DNA of 64,000 nt from Octopus sinensis (taxonomy: Eukaryota). Numbering within the stretch: position 1 is the stretch's first letter; each line of letters opens with the position of its first letter. The stretch covers positions 174,468,001-174,532,000 of the forward strand of contig NC_042997.1 in the NCBI RefSeq assembly GCF_006345805.1, written 5' to 3'. A program made the position numbers and the translations under genes. The notes below the pieces were generated by a model. It ran no database searches. It saw only the letters and a program-made list of their open reading frames with translations, and was not told the DNA's origin. Below, piece after piece: positions 53,905 to 64,000 of the stretch.

Positions 53905-54120
53905 ATGGTTGCGAGCTGCCAGAAAAGTTAGCACGCCGGGTCAAATGCTAAATGGTATTTTGTCTATCTTTACATTCTGAGTTCGAATTCTGCTGAGGTC
54001 GACTTTATCTTTCATCCTTTCGGGGTCGATAAATTAAGTACCATTTGCATACTGGAGTCGATCTAATCGACGTGCCCCCTCCCCAAAATTTTCAAGTCTT
54101 GCGCCTAGAGTAGAAAGGAA
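53905..54120 (+). mobile_element. SINE family B
   Basis: Head GCGAGCTGCCAGAAAAGTTAGCACGCCGGG and the central block are intact. Confidence 0.85.
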
Positions 54121-54514
54121 TGCTACTTACATGTTTAAGGGTTGTACCTGAAATATTGCGAAAATAACTTTAATAGTTCAAATACTAAGAAAACAGCATA
54201 ATCAATTTCATTTTTACCAAATAATTTAGGAAAATAAATGGGTTATTTCACTTGGCTGTATATATGGATCCCTTCCAAGGGCGAATGGGTTATTTCGCTT
54301 GGTTTTTAAAATAAAATATATTATATATATAGAAGGATCCCTTCCATGGGCCCTATTATCAAGTTTTTCAACAATCTGTGTTTGCCATGATGTTTGCAGA
54401 TATGAGTTCTATTCACGTGTCAAGTTTTCTCAACATCAATAAAGCGATGTAAGAGGAGTTAGCTAACAACTCCACAAGCACACCCACAGACAGAATTTCC
54501 CACATAGGTATTAG

Positions 54515-54571
<57 letters not shown>

Positions 54572-55479
54572 ATATATATATAATATATACGTATAAATAT
54601 ATATATATACATTTATAATTTACGTATATATAATATATACGCATATATATACATATATATTACATATTATGTACGTATATATATACATATATACATATAT
54701 ATGTATATACATATGTATATACTAGATAATATACTCTATATATATATATAATATACATATATATATATATATCTATCATATATAATATATATATATATAT
54801 ATCTATAATATATATATATATATAGTATATATATGCATACATATATGATGTATACCATACATATGATATATACAAATATATATAAATACATATATATATA
54901 TCTATGCATGCATATATATATACACACACATATAAAGGTAGGCTTAACTATATATGTATATATGTATATATGCATACATATAGATATATACACTCACACG
55001 CACACACATATATATACATACACTCGCATACACATAAACACACACACACAAAAACACAAACACACACCACACACACACAAACACACACATGAAATTCTGC
55101 AGCAATTTTCAGAATTTTCAGCCGCTTTGTTTCATCACCTATTTTCCAATATTTTTCCTTTGTTTTATTTGTTTACTTTAGTCCTTTTGTTATCTTTTTA
55201 CTTCATGTTTTCTTGTTATATTATAATTGTTTTTTTTCCTTTGTGTCTGCTTCCACCGTCACCCCAATCCACCGTCACCCCACCTTTGCTTCCCTTTTTT
55301 CTTTTTTGCTTCTAAATCTATGAATACTTTGTATACAGTAAGTAGATTATTATTTTTTTTTGGCGGCGCTTTGTTTTAAGCGTGACAGGAGCTGGAATGG
55401 CGGCGGCGGCGGCGGCAGTGGAGGCACCGGACAACGTTGGATAGTTAAAAGTGGATAAGTGAATGGTAAGATGTTAAGG

Positions 55480-55533
<54 letters not shown>

Positions 55534-56020
55534 TATATATATAATGGAAGCATACAAATGCAAAAAAAAAACAAAAACAAAAATAAAAATAATAATTATT
55601 TTTGTAAAGTATAATATGGTAAGGTTTGGCTTGCTTTGGTTACATCGCTTCTGAAATATTATTCAGTGACGAACGTCCTAACAACTAGAAGGGAATCTGG
55701 AAAAACTTGGAAACACGGGAAAAATGTTTATGCATGAAGTTGTCCGTTTGTCAGAAAAGCTATCTGGAATTCAACACATTAGTCTTTTGGCAGTTGTCCA
55801 ATTCAATTCATATCGAACAGTTTTCAGTAAGATTCCCTCGACGTTCACTGCTAATATCTTTCGGCTATTTATTTATGTTTTTCTTCTTTATATTGTATTT
55901 TTCTTCTTGTCCTTCTTTCTTTCTTCTTTTTTCTCTATTTTTTATTTTCTTTTGTTAGTTGTTTTTATTTCTTTTTATATATATATATTATATATCTATT
56001 ATTTATTATATATATTAATG

Positions 56021-56053
<33 letters not shown>

Positions 56054-56177
56054 CATATATATATATATATATATATATTATTGGCATTGATAATTCCATA
56101 CTATTCAATCAATGAAAAGACTGTACACTAAAACTGCTGAGATACTGACGGGAAGCCACCATTTTACACATAACGGG

Positions 56178-56248
<71 letters not shown>

Positions 56249-56317
56249 ATATATATCAAATACATATATATAATATCTGATATAATACATATGCATATAA
56301 TATACATATCATATATA

Positions 56318-56361
<44 letters not shown>

Positions 56362-56680
56362 GCATGACATATATACATGTATATATATATATGTGTGTGT
56401 GTGTATCGATATAAATGTATATTTGTTTATATCTACATACAAATATATGCATGCATATATGAATATATATGCATGCACATATTTGTATGTATAAATATGT
56501 GCATATACATCCTTATATATATTTATACATACATAAAAATGTATACCCACATACCATGATATTTGCATATATATATATATATATATAAACATTCATAGTT
56601 ATATATATTATATTATACTTATGTATCATTTTATGTATATTTATATATATATTAAGATATATATGTGTGTGGGAGGGTGT
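54515..56680. repeat. (TA)n/(CA)n microsatellite fields interrupted by short unique segments
   Basis: Directly visible at 54515-55090 and 55975-56680. Confidence 0.85.
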
Positions 56681-57001
56681 TTGAGTGTGTGTGGGCGTAA
56701 ATGTACGTATATAACTTTTTGATATATACCTCACCATACCTGAGGAAACTGAGACACACGTTCATTTGCATGATTTCAATCATTAAACTAGAATTAGTTG
56801 TGGCAGATTTTATACCGTTGTTAAATAAGTCTCGCTTATCACCAATTTCCTGGCCCTGAGCAGAACTCGAGTATTACTGCCTTGAGTCTAGCCTCTTCTT
56901 AGCTAATTCTTTCACTTCTGCCTTTCATATATTTGATTCTTTTCCTTTGTGTTTATTAGTAAGTGGCAGGCGAAATTAGATCTAAATTAAAACTTTACAA
57001 A

Positions 57002-57457
57002 CCTATACATATAAAGCTGAAGTTGTCTCTGTGTGTATGTGTGTGTGTGTGGCAGGTTTGGTAGCCTTCAACTAACACTATCTTCTCCGAGACCCTGCGG
57101 TGCAAGTTGACAAAAATTGAGGGTATGATAGAAAAAGGCTTGCTCTTCATCCCGCAGAAGTAAAAATTCAAATCGGACCATGTTTAAGACCAAAAATTCT
57201 TTACATCAAAATGGTGCTTTTTCTCTATGAAAATCCCTATTTTTTACGATTTTTTGACTGCTGTGTCGCCATTTTTCAGTGTATTTCAACCAGAAAAATG
57301 TTCCCTTAAAGAGAATAACAAGTTACATAATGCAAAATTTTTACTTCTTAAAAGAGATTGAAACTATGTCAAAACTTTGTTAACGTGACATCAAAGTCTG
57401 TTGTATTAAGCGCAACTCAAAAATACAAACCCGAGCAACGCCGCGCTATACTGCTAG
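57002..57457 (+). mobile_element. Non-autonomous Helitron-like element
   Basis: 5' end CCTATACATATAAAG (TC-type start with one substitution), 3' GC-rich CCCGAGCAACGCCGCG followed by CTAG, inserted between A and T. Confidence 0.6.
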
Positions 57458-57689
57458 TACTAAGTAAATATGTTATTTGCATGACTATGAAATACCTTCA
57501 GACATACACGCGCATACTTATATCAAGGTGAGCGCGTGTGAAGTAATGTATGCAAATACGCACGTATGTATTTATATTACACTTTCTAATATATGGTTCA
57601 GGCCTGCAATTTAGGGAGTCTAGTCAACTACATCGATCCTCATGCTTCAGTTTTAGTAAAATGAATAGAACCCAATACTTAATTTTTTG

Positions 57690-57809
57690 ATCAGCCTGGT
57701 ACTTATTCTATCGGTTTCTTTGCTGAACCGCTAAGTTACGCCAACACCAGACGTCAAGCGGTGGTGAATGACAAGCACAGACACAAAGAAATACATACAC
57801 GCACACACT

Positions 57810-57880
<71 letters not shown>

Positions 57881-58010
57881 GTATATACACAAACACACGA
57901 CGGATTTTATCCAGTTTCCATCAACCAAATCTACTCAGAAGGCTCTGGTCAGCCCGTGGCTATAGTAGAAGACATTTGTCCAAGGCACAGGCGTCGTCGT
58001 AACCTATGGA
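57690..58010 (-). mobile_element. SINE family A, partial and decayed
   Basis: TACTTATTCTATCGG..GAACCGCTAAG.. plus internal (CA)n and ..GAAGACATTTGTCCAAGG. Confidence 0.75.
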
Positions 58011-58072
58011 GTGCCACGATATATATATAGACAGTATTATTTTTATATTTTAAACATTTTTTTGATGGAAGT

Positions 58073-58114
58073 CCACCTGAAGATTGTGATCAAGACAAGA
58101 AACGATTGTAGTGG
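58073..58114 (+). ncRNA. Type I hammerhead ribozyme in a short (about 170 bp) TA-flanked element
   Basis: CCAC-CUGAAGA-UUGU(GAUCAAG)ACAA-GAAAC-GAUU-GUA-GUGG. All three stems pair; the first pair of stem II is U-A. Predicted cleavage after 58110. Confidence 0.75.
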
Positions 58115-58326
58115 CGGTTTTTGACTATTTATTAAATTTATGTCTATTAAGTCTTTCCTTCCTTGTTTGTTTTGCAAAATATTGGTTTGGTCTCAAATTA
58201 TTTTTATATATAATATAATATATATATAATTTATATATATATATATATATATACCCTTTTATACTCTTTTACTCTTTTACTCGTTTCAGTCATTTGACTG
58301 CTTTAACCACTATGCCATATGCCCAA

Positions 58327-58372
58327 GACACCTGAAGAAGGCTGGAGGGTATATCAGCCGAAACGTTGTGTT
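58327..58372 (+). ncRNA. Minimal (dimer-type) type I hammerhead ribozyme
   Basis: GACAC-CUGAAGAA-GGCUG(GAGGGUAUAU)CAGCC-GAAAC-GUU-GUGUU, with palindromic ACGU stem III and an extra A after A9. Predicted cleavage after 58367. Confidence 0.7.
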
Positions 58373-58430
58373 AACAACAAACAAGATGAGGATAAATATC
58401 CGTCGAATGTAAATAATTTACATAATTCCT

Positions 58431-58940
58431 CTGTCTTGTACAGAATTGGCAACTAAAACCTTTACTGGTAATAGCCGGCTGTAGTTGTAACTGGGCTTCA
58501 TGTACCTTTGCATGTCGTTTAAGTCCTCCTGCCGAATTACACTCTCTTCCACATGCCCGACAGATATGATTAGTAGTGGCCAGGTTGTCACTCATCTGTC
58601 TCGCTTTATGACTACGAAGATGACTCATGAGTCCAGCTTTAGTGAGGCAGGGTCTTGCACAGACATTGCATGTCAGAATCAAAGGAAGACCCTTCCCTTC
58701 TGGAAGTGTAACAGCGATGCCCTTCCTGACATCCCTCCTTACTTTCTCATGTGCAACTCGAGATTTCTCAAAAGTGGCTGTCCCCTCATGCACAATCCTT
58801 CTCCACCTGCTACGATCAATAGCTATGCTTTCCCATGTGTCAGGAGAGATGCAAGCATCTCTTAAGGAAGCCTTCAGCAAGTCTTTATACCTCTTTTTTG
58901 GTTTATGTGGAGGTCGTTCTCCTTTAGCTAACTCTCCTTG
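58431..58940 (-). pseudogene. RTE-clade LINE ORF C-terminal fragment with tandem C2H2 zinc fingers
   Basis: GELAKGERPPHKPKKRYKDLLKASLRDACISPDTWESIAIDRSRWRRIVHEG (RTE C-terminal signature), then CNVC..HLRSH, CRAC..HAKVH and a truncated CQFC. Confidence 0.85.
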
Positions 58941-58954
58941 TTTTTTCTGTATCC

Positions 58955-58989
58955 CTTTCTGTAGAGAGCGTAGGCTCGAAACGTAAAAG
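58955..58989 (+). ncRNA. Minimal type I hammerhead-like motif, core CUGUAGA
   Basis: CUUU-CUGUAGA-GAGC(GUAG)GCUC-GAAAC-GUA-AAAG; same family as 38054-38091. Confidence 0.55.
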
Positions 58990-59076
58990 ACTTTTTCTAT
59001 TCCTGAGCGTTATACTAATACATCTGTTTGTTTTGTACACCACCTGTCTTCGTTTTTTGTTTTTTTCGTAAACTCT

Positions 59077-59151
<75 letters not shown>

Positions 59152-60225
59152 CTATATTACTGAAGTACTAAAGAGACCGTGATGAGAGAGATTTAATAGA
59201 ACTATGCCTCTTGATTTTTGAATAATGCAATTGAGCTTACTAATGATATACGGAAGGAGTAATATCTAAAATATACCGGTTCAGATAACGTCACTCTTTA
59301 CAAATTATATTTTGTGAAGAATAGGCATAATGCGAATGTGTATGTGTATATGTGTGTAAGTGTGTGTGTGAAATTTGATAAAAAGTTTCTTTTCGTTTTT
59401 CTGAGGAAAACTTAGATATACAAAGAGCTGAATATGTAACATACAGATCTTCGAATATCATTATCTTTTGCACGATTGTATTATATAAGTCATATGTATT
59501 ATTGTAAATGACACTTGTCTGACAAGAGATTAGTATATGCAGGGCGAATAGTGTTATCTAATGATGATAGCGAACATTACGAAGAAATCTAATATTGTTG
59601 AATTAAGAGAAGGTTTTGCAATGTAACAAATACACTGGAATATAAGTTAAAATTTGAATTATTATAGTATAAAATTAAAGCGGATTAAACTAATGATATA
59701 ATAGCATACACATTTGTGTAAATTCATAATTTGTTCAAATAGAAGAGTCTGATGAAAAAGTCCTAATGATTTTAAATAAAAATAAACTTTGTGAAACTTA
59801 TGAAACTTATTAAACTTAATAAATTGATGGTTTAAGTTGCAAGTTCAGTAATTGAATAAATTATAATTAATGGTGGGACATTAATTGAGTCTAATGTTAA
59901 GCTATTAAATTAATCTATTAAAGGGTGGAACTCTACAAGATTCAGAATTACTATGATAGATGTACTTTCTATGATAGATCATTATTGAATTGAAAGCTAT
60001 GACGAATATCACAAGTCGCTGCAATTAATGGAATTGTATTGCAGTTATTATTAAAAATAACGTTTGAGTTAAATGTTTTCCATATGGGTAAAGGTATATC
60101 TTATATGAAGTAAATGTTAATTGAAGTGTATTAAGTTATGCAACAAAATATTCGTGTGAGGTCTTTAAATAATTGTTTAAAAATATTGGTGTGAGGTCTT
60201 TAAATAATTGTTTAAATAATTGTTT

Positions 60226-60336
60226 GGCGACGGACCGGCGTCCCATCCAGGTGGGGAACCTATACGCCAAGAAACCAGGAAACCGGCCCTTATGAGTCAG
60301 GCATGGCTCGAGAAGGAACAAACAGCAACAACAACA
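60226..60336 (+). mobile_element. SINE family C, 3' part
   Basis: Matches 616-722. Confidence 0.85.
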
Positions 60337-61099
60337 AATAATTGTTTGGAAATATACAAAATTAGTTTGTTTCACTAATTAACATAATATATTTTATCTA
60401 ATTAACATAATATATTTTTTTCTTTTAACTTTCACTTGTTTCAGTCAATAGATTGCAGCCATGCTGGGGAACAGCCTTGAAGGAGTTTTAGCCGAATGCG
60501 GTGACGTCAGGACTTATTTCTTTAAAGTTTTCTACTTATTTTATTGGTGTCCTTATACATTTCATAGGTCTTAAATTCATATTCTTGTAATATTATAATT
60601 TTTCTGCGTAGTCGTTTCCGTTTGGTGTTTTCATTATAAAAGTTAGACATATTATTGAAAACGTATTCATTTAGAGATACAGCAGAGAGTTTTAAGGATT
60701 CATTTTAAACAAAACCCTTTAAATTTTTTGAGTTACTGTTTAATGTACGAATACATTGAAGTTTTTCTACTGCCTGTATTATGTATATTGAGAGTAATCT
60801 AGGTTAAATATAACAACAAGATAGTTAGTAACTTTTGGATAAGCTTGAACAGTAATTAAGAAATATTAAGAATTCTTAAAAATTATGGAAGATCAGACAG
60901 AATTACGAGGTTAAAGTTAAGTCCTAGTAAAAAATTATACTTTCGATAAAATGCAATTGAACTAAACTGGATGTTATATAATGTGTTTAAATTGCACAAA
61001 GCTACAATATTACTGATCGCAAGTGACCCTTTTCAACCCATACTAACGATCGTTATTTTGTTTCTTTTTTCTAAATACACTTATCAAAGTATTCTAAAT

Positions 61100-61720
61100 A
61101 TGAAGGTACTGCCAATGCTTTTGTTTTCTTAGATAAGTGGGTATGTAAAAATATGTTCAGCGATAGTAAAATTGTGATCTTTTGCGCTAAGTGTAAGATA
61201 TTTATCTAGGATTTCATTAAACCATTATATTTGTATTATTCCAAAAGGGTAGTTGTGACCTATACTTGATTTTGGAGAATGAAAAACCGAACATATGTTC
61301 AACTAATGGCTTATATATCAGTTTTAGAAAGATAATTATGTCTGATTGGCGAGAGATTAGTATAACTAGAATAAAATGCTCTTCAAACTTATCATTTAAA
61401 TCTGGTTGTGTGGTAATCGTTTTAGAAAAGTATTAGTATAGTTTAAGATGTCGTACATTGTTTTCCATGTAAATTTGTAAGTGAAATTTAAAGATGTTGT
61501 TGGTAGGTTTGTTTGTTGATTTCTTGAAGGGTTTTATTTGTTGTATCAGCTTAGATGAAATGCATTGTTCCAAATCTTTAACATTTTGCTCCTATTCCCG
61601 AGATCTTTCTAGAATGATATGATATTTCATTAAAAGTTGTTATTCTTTTATGAAGAGGGATAAGCTGTCTTCAAACAATTGAAAAAAACTTGTTAAAAGT
61701 AGGCTAAGTTAGCCCTATAA
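61100..61720 (-). pseudogene. Highly decayed CR1/L2-like LINE RT C-terminal region
   Basis: The minus strand gives NVKDL..ISSKL and, with frameshift repair, KTYVRPILNY, matching the VKDLG..IS..L and YK..VRP.LEY motifs. Many stops. Confidence 0.35.
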
Positions 61721-62519
61721 AACATAATTTATCTTTTTCTCTTTCTTTACACAGTTACATAGAAGTGAAGTTTCTCCTTGTGTGTGCGCGCGTGTATTAT
61801 CACTGACAATTAGTGTGTCTTTCATATAAAAATCTAAAGTTCTATTGTTTTCCGATATCTAATCCAACATAATTATTTTGGTAATAGATATTTTCTCTTT
61901 TTATTTTTTGCTACTTGTTAATCAGTATTTATCAATCAATAAATATTAAAGCTGACTTCGATGTGGGAGTTTATATCGATAACTACTGGACACATTAATT
62001 GTTGTTGTTTATCAGCTCAGGTATGCACAATCCTATTGTGATAGAAGTTTCGGCCGTGACCCTCATTATTATAATTTTGTTGTTTCTGTAGTTGATATTT
62101 CTGGTAGGTCGAGAGGTCTCGTAAAAGTTCTATCGTTGGCTCGTTGGCTCGTCACCATTTATTCTGCGAAAATTGCCTCTTCCGTAAATATTCTGAAGTT
62201 GTTCTTACAATTTGGCATTAAAGTCCAGATCAGCTCCCACTTCCATCGAATTTATGCTTCCTAAAATTTACTTAGAACATCTCATTGTTTATTGTTTTCA
62301 AGTTATTGCCTGCTTAATCTCAGTTGACCTCAGTTTTCCTACTCACTATATTGCTGATACCAACTCTTCCTTATGTGTATTTATTACGCTGGACGCTTCC
62401 TAATATAATGCCTTTGAGCACTTAGTATAATTTTTAACTTAGTATAACTGGCGTACCAGTACGTTACCACACCAGGCGATTTGGTGCAAATATTTCACAA
62501 GAGTTACGTTTTTTGTATC

Positions 62520-62945
62520 TTTTAACTTTTACTTGTTTCAGTTATTTGACTACGGCCATGTGGGAGCACCGCGTTGAAGGATTTTAGCTAAACAAATCGA
62601 CCTCAGGACTTTTTTAAAGCTTGGTACTTAAAGTTAAGTCCTAGTAAGGAATTATTCCCTCGACATAATGCACTTGAACTAAACTGGAATGTTACATAAC
62701 TATCAGTCTCTTTTTGCCGAACTGCTAAGTTACAGAGACGTAAACACACTAACACCGGTTGTCAAGCGGGAATGAGGGACAAACGCAGACATAAATACAC
62801 ACATCGACATATACGCATATATAAATATACGACCAGCTTCTGTTCAGTTTCCATCCACCAAATCCGCGCACAATGCTTGGTCTGCCCGAGGCAATAGTGG
62901 AAGACATTTATCCAATGTGCCACGCAGTGGGACTGAACCCGTAAA
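62520..62945 (-). mobile_element. SINE family A with a 70-bp internal insert
   Basis: Family A reverse complement interrupted at 62628-62699. Confidence 0.8.
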
Positions 62946-63119
62946 CGTTCACGTTATATGAAGTAAGTAAATTGTTAGAATGGGGAAGCATTTACGTTCA
63001 TGTATATCACTGGTTATTACTTATAACACATATACTTCATAATGTTATGCAGTAGTTCAAGAACTACTACGCTACCGTTTCTATTTTTTTAACCAATAAG
63101 AGTGACCGACTAGCTTACA

Positions 63120-63520
63120 AACTATCTTTTTCTAGCTTCCATAAATAGCAGCTACACACATCTTTTTGTATTTTTCCAATGCCTGGATAAGATTTGTCAG
63201 ATAAAATTTCTCTCGGAAATTGCTTTTAGACGATTCACCGTATATAAGTTCTACGAACGATACCAGCCTTGCCTTCCCTGCTCTTTTTTTTTTTTTACTG
63301 CCACCATCGTTAGAAATGTTAAACTATCTTACTCTACCTTCCATAAATAGCAACTACACACATCTTTTTATATTTTTCCAACGCCTGGATAAGATTTGTC
63401 AGATAAAATTTCTCTCGGAAATTACTTATAGACGATTCACCGTATATAAGTTCTATGAACGATACCAGTCTAGCTTTCCCTGCTCCTTTTACAGCCACAA
63501 TCGCAAGAAATGTTAAACGC
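63120..63520. repeat. Tandem duplication, 2 x about 202 bp
   Basis: ACTATCTT..TTCCATAAATAGCA.CTACACACATC at 63121 and 63323. Confidence 0.9.
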
Positions 63521-64000
63521 TGAGGCGGCAACTCAACTTCTCGTGTAATCTAGTAGCTAGATATCAAGACTGTAAAAATGAACAGACTCGAATAGAGAAG
63601 ATATACTTGCAGTGATACGGTGCTCTTTTATATGCAGACTTGCTGCTATCATATCCGATGCAACGTGCATATTTCTAACAATGCATGTGCACAGCTTAGT
63701 TTCTTTTTACTTAGTAACCGTCAAATACGCTGGAAAGGAATACTTGGATTCTAAAAGTCCAGACTAAACTGTCATGTCCAATTATTACGCTGACTTCTCC
63801 CAGACATAGTCAAGATGGTGTGTTAGAAGGTGAACGTGATATGAAAGACAAATTCAGTAGAAAACGGTTGTCGTCTCCACTAAGCTGATTAAAGGCGGCA
63901 CATGAGACACTGGACCCACTTTCACGAATGTTCTCCGATAGACGGAAGATAGTTAATGAAGATACAACTACGTAAGTGATGGCTGGAGAAGTTTATTTCC

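Noticed and set aside
59749-59815. CTGATGA followed by GAAAC repeats
   Set aside because: There is no GUH/NUH closing stem III or stem I pairing; the context is AT-rich chance match.

Overview
This window is AT-rich, microsatellite-dense eukaryotic non-coding DNA. The tRNA-derived SINE families and the (TA)n/(TACA)n/(GATA)n landscape look like an octopus (coleoid cephalopod) genome; this is recognition from memory, not a database result. There is no operon, CRISPR array, rRNA or true tRNA gene, and no host protein-coding gene can be called with confidence. Nearly all listed ORFs are microsatellite translations. The real coding remnants are all mobile: an RLE-type (R4/Dong-like) LINE 3' fragment, two RTE/BovB-like LINE fragments, a DD37D (maT-type) transposase pseudogene, mariner and Tc1 fragments, MITEs and a Helitron-like element. 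The main hidden signal is a set of self-cleaving ribozyme motifs. Type I hammerheads with complete core and stems sit in two tandemly repeated, (TA)n-flanked non-coding elements (18.1-19.0 kb, 507-bp period with an inverted 5' arm; 34.5-36.2 kb, about 596-bp period). These share a downstream AGACYACTGG...ACCCT motif with a 227-bp palindrome at 33.3 kb and a decayed relative at 51.4-52.5 kb. Further minimal hammerheads lie at 38.06 kb and in a cluster of three at 58.07-58.99 kb, and a broken HDV-like ribozyme sits in an RTE-type 5' UTR at 2.8 kb. Together they suggest a family of microsatellite-targeting, hammerhead-bearing non-autonomous retroelements (Penelope-like pLTR or retrozyme type). 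All folds were derived by eye and activity is untested.
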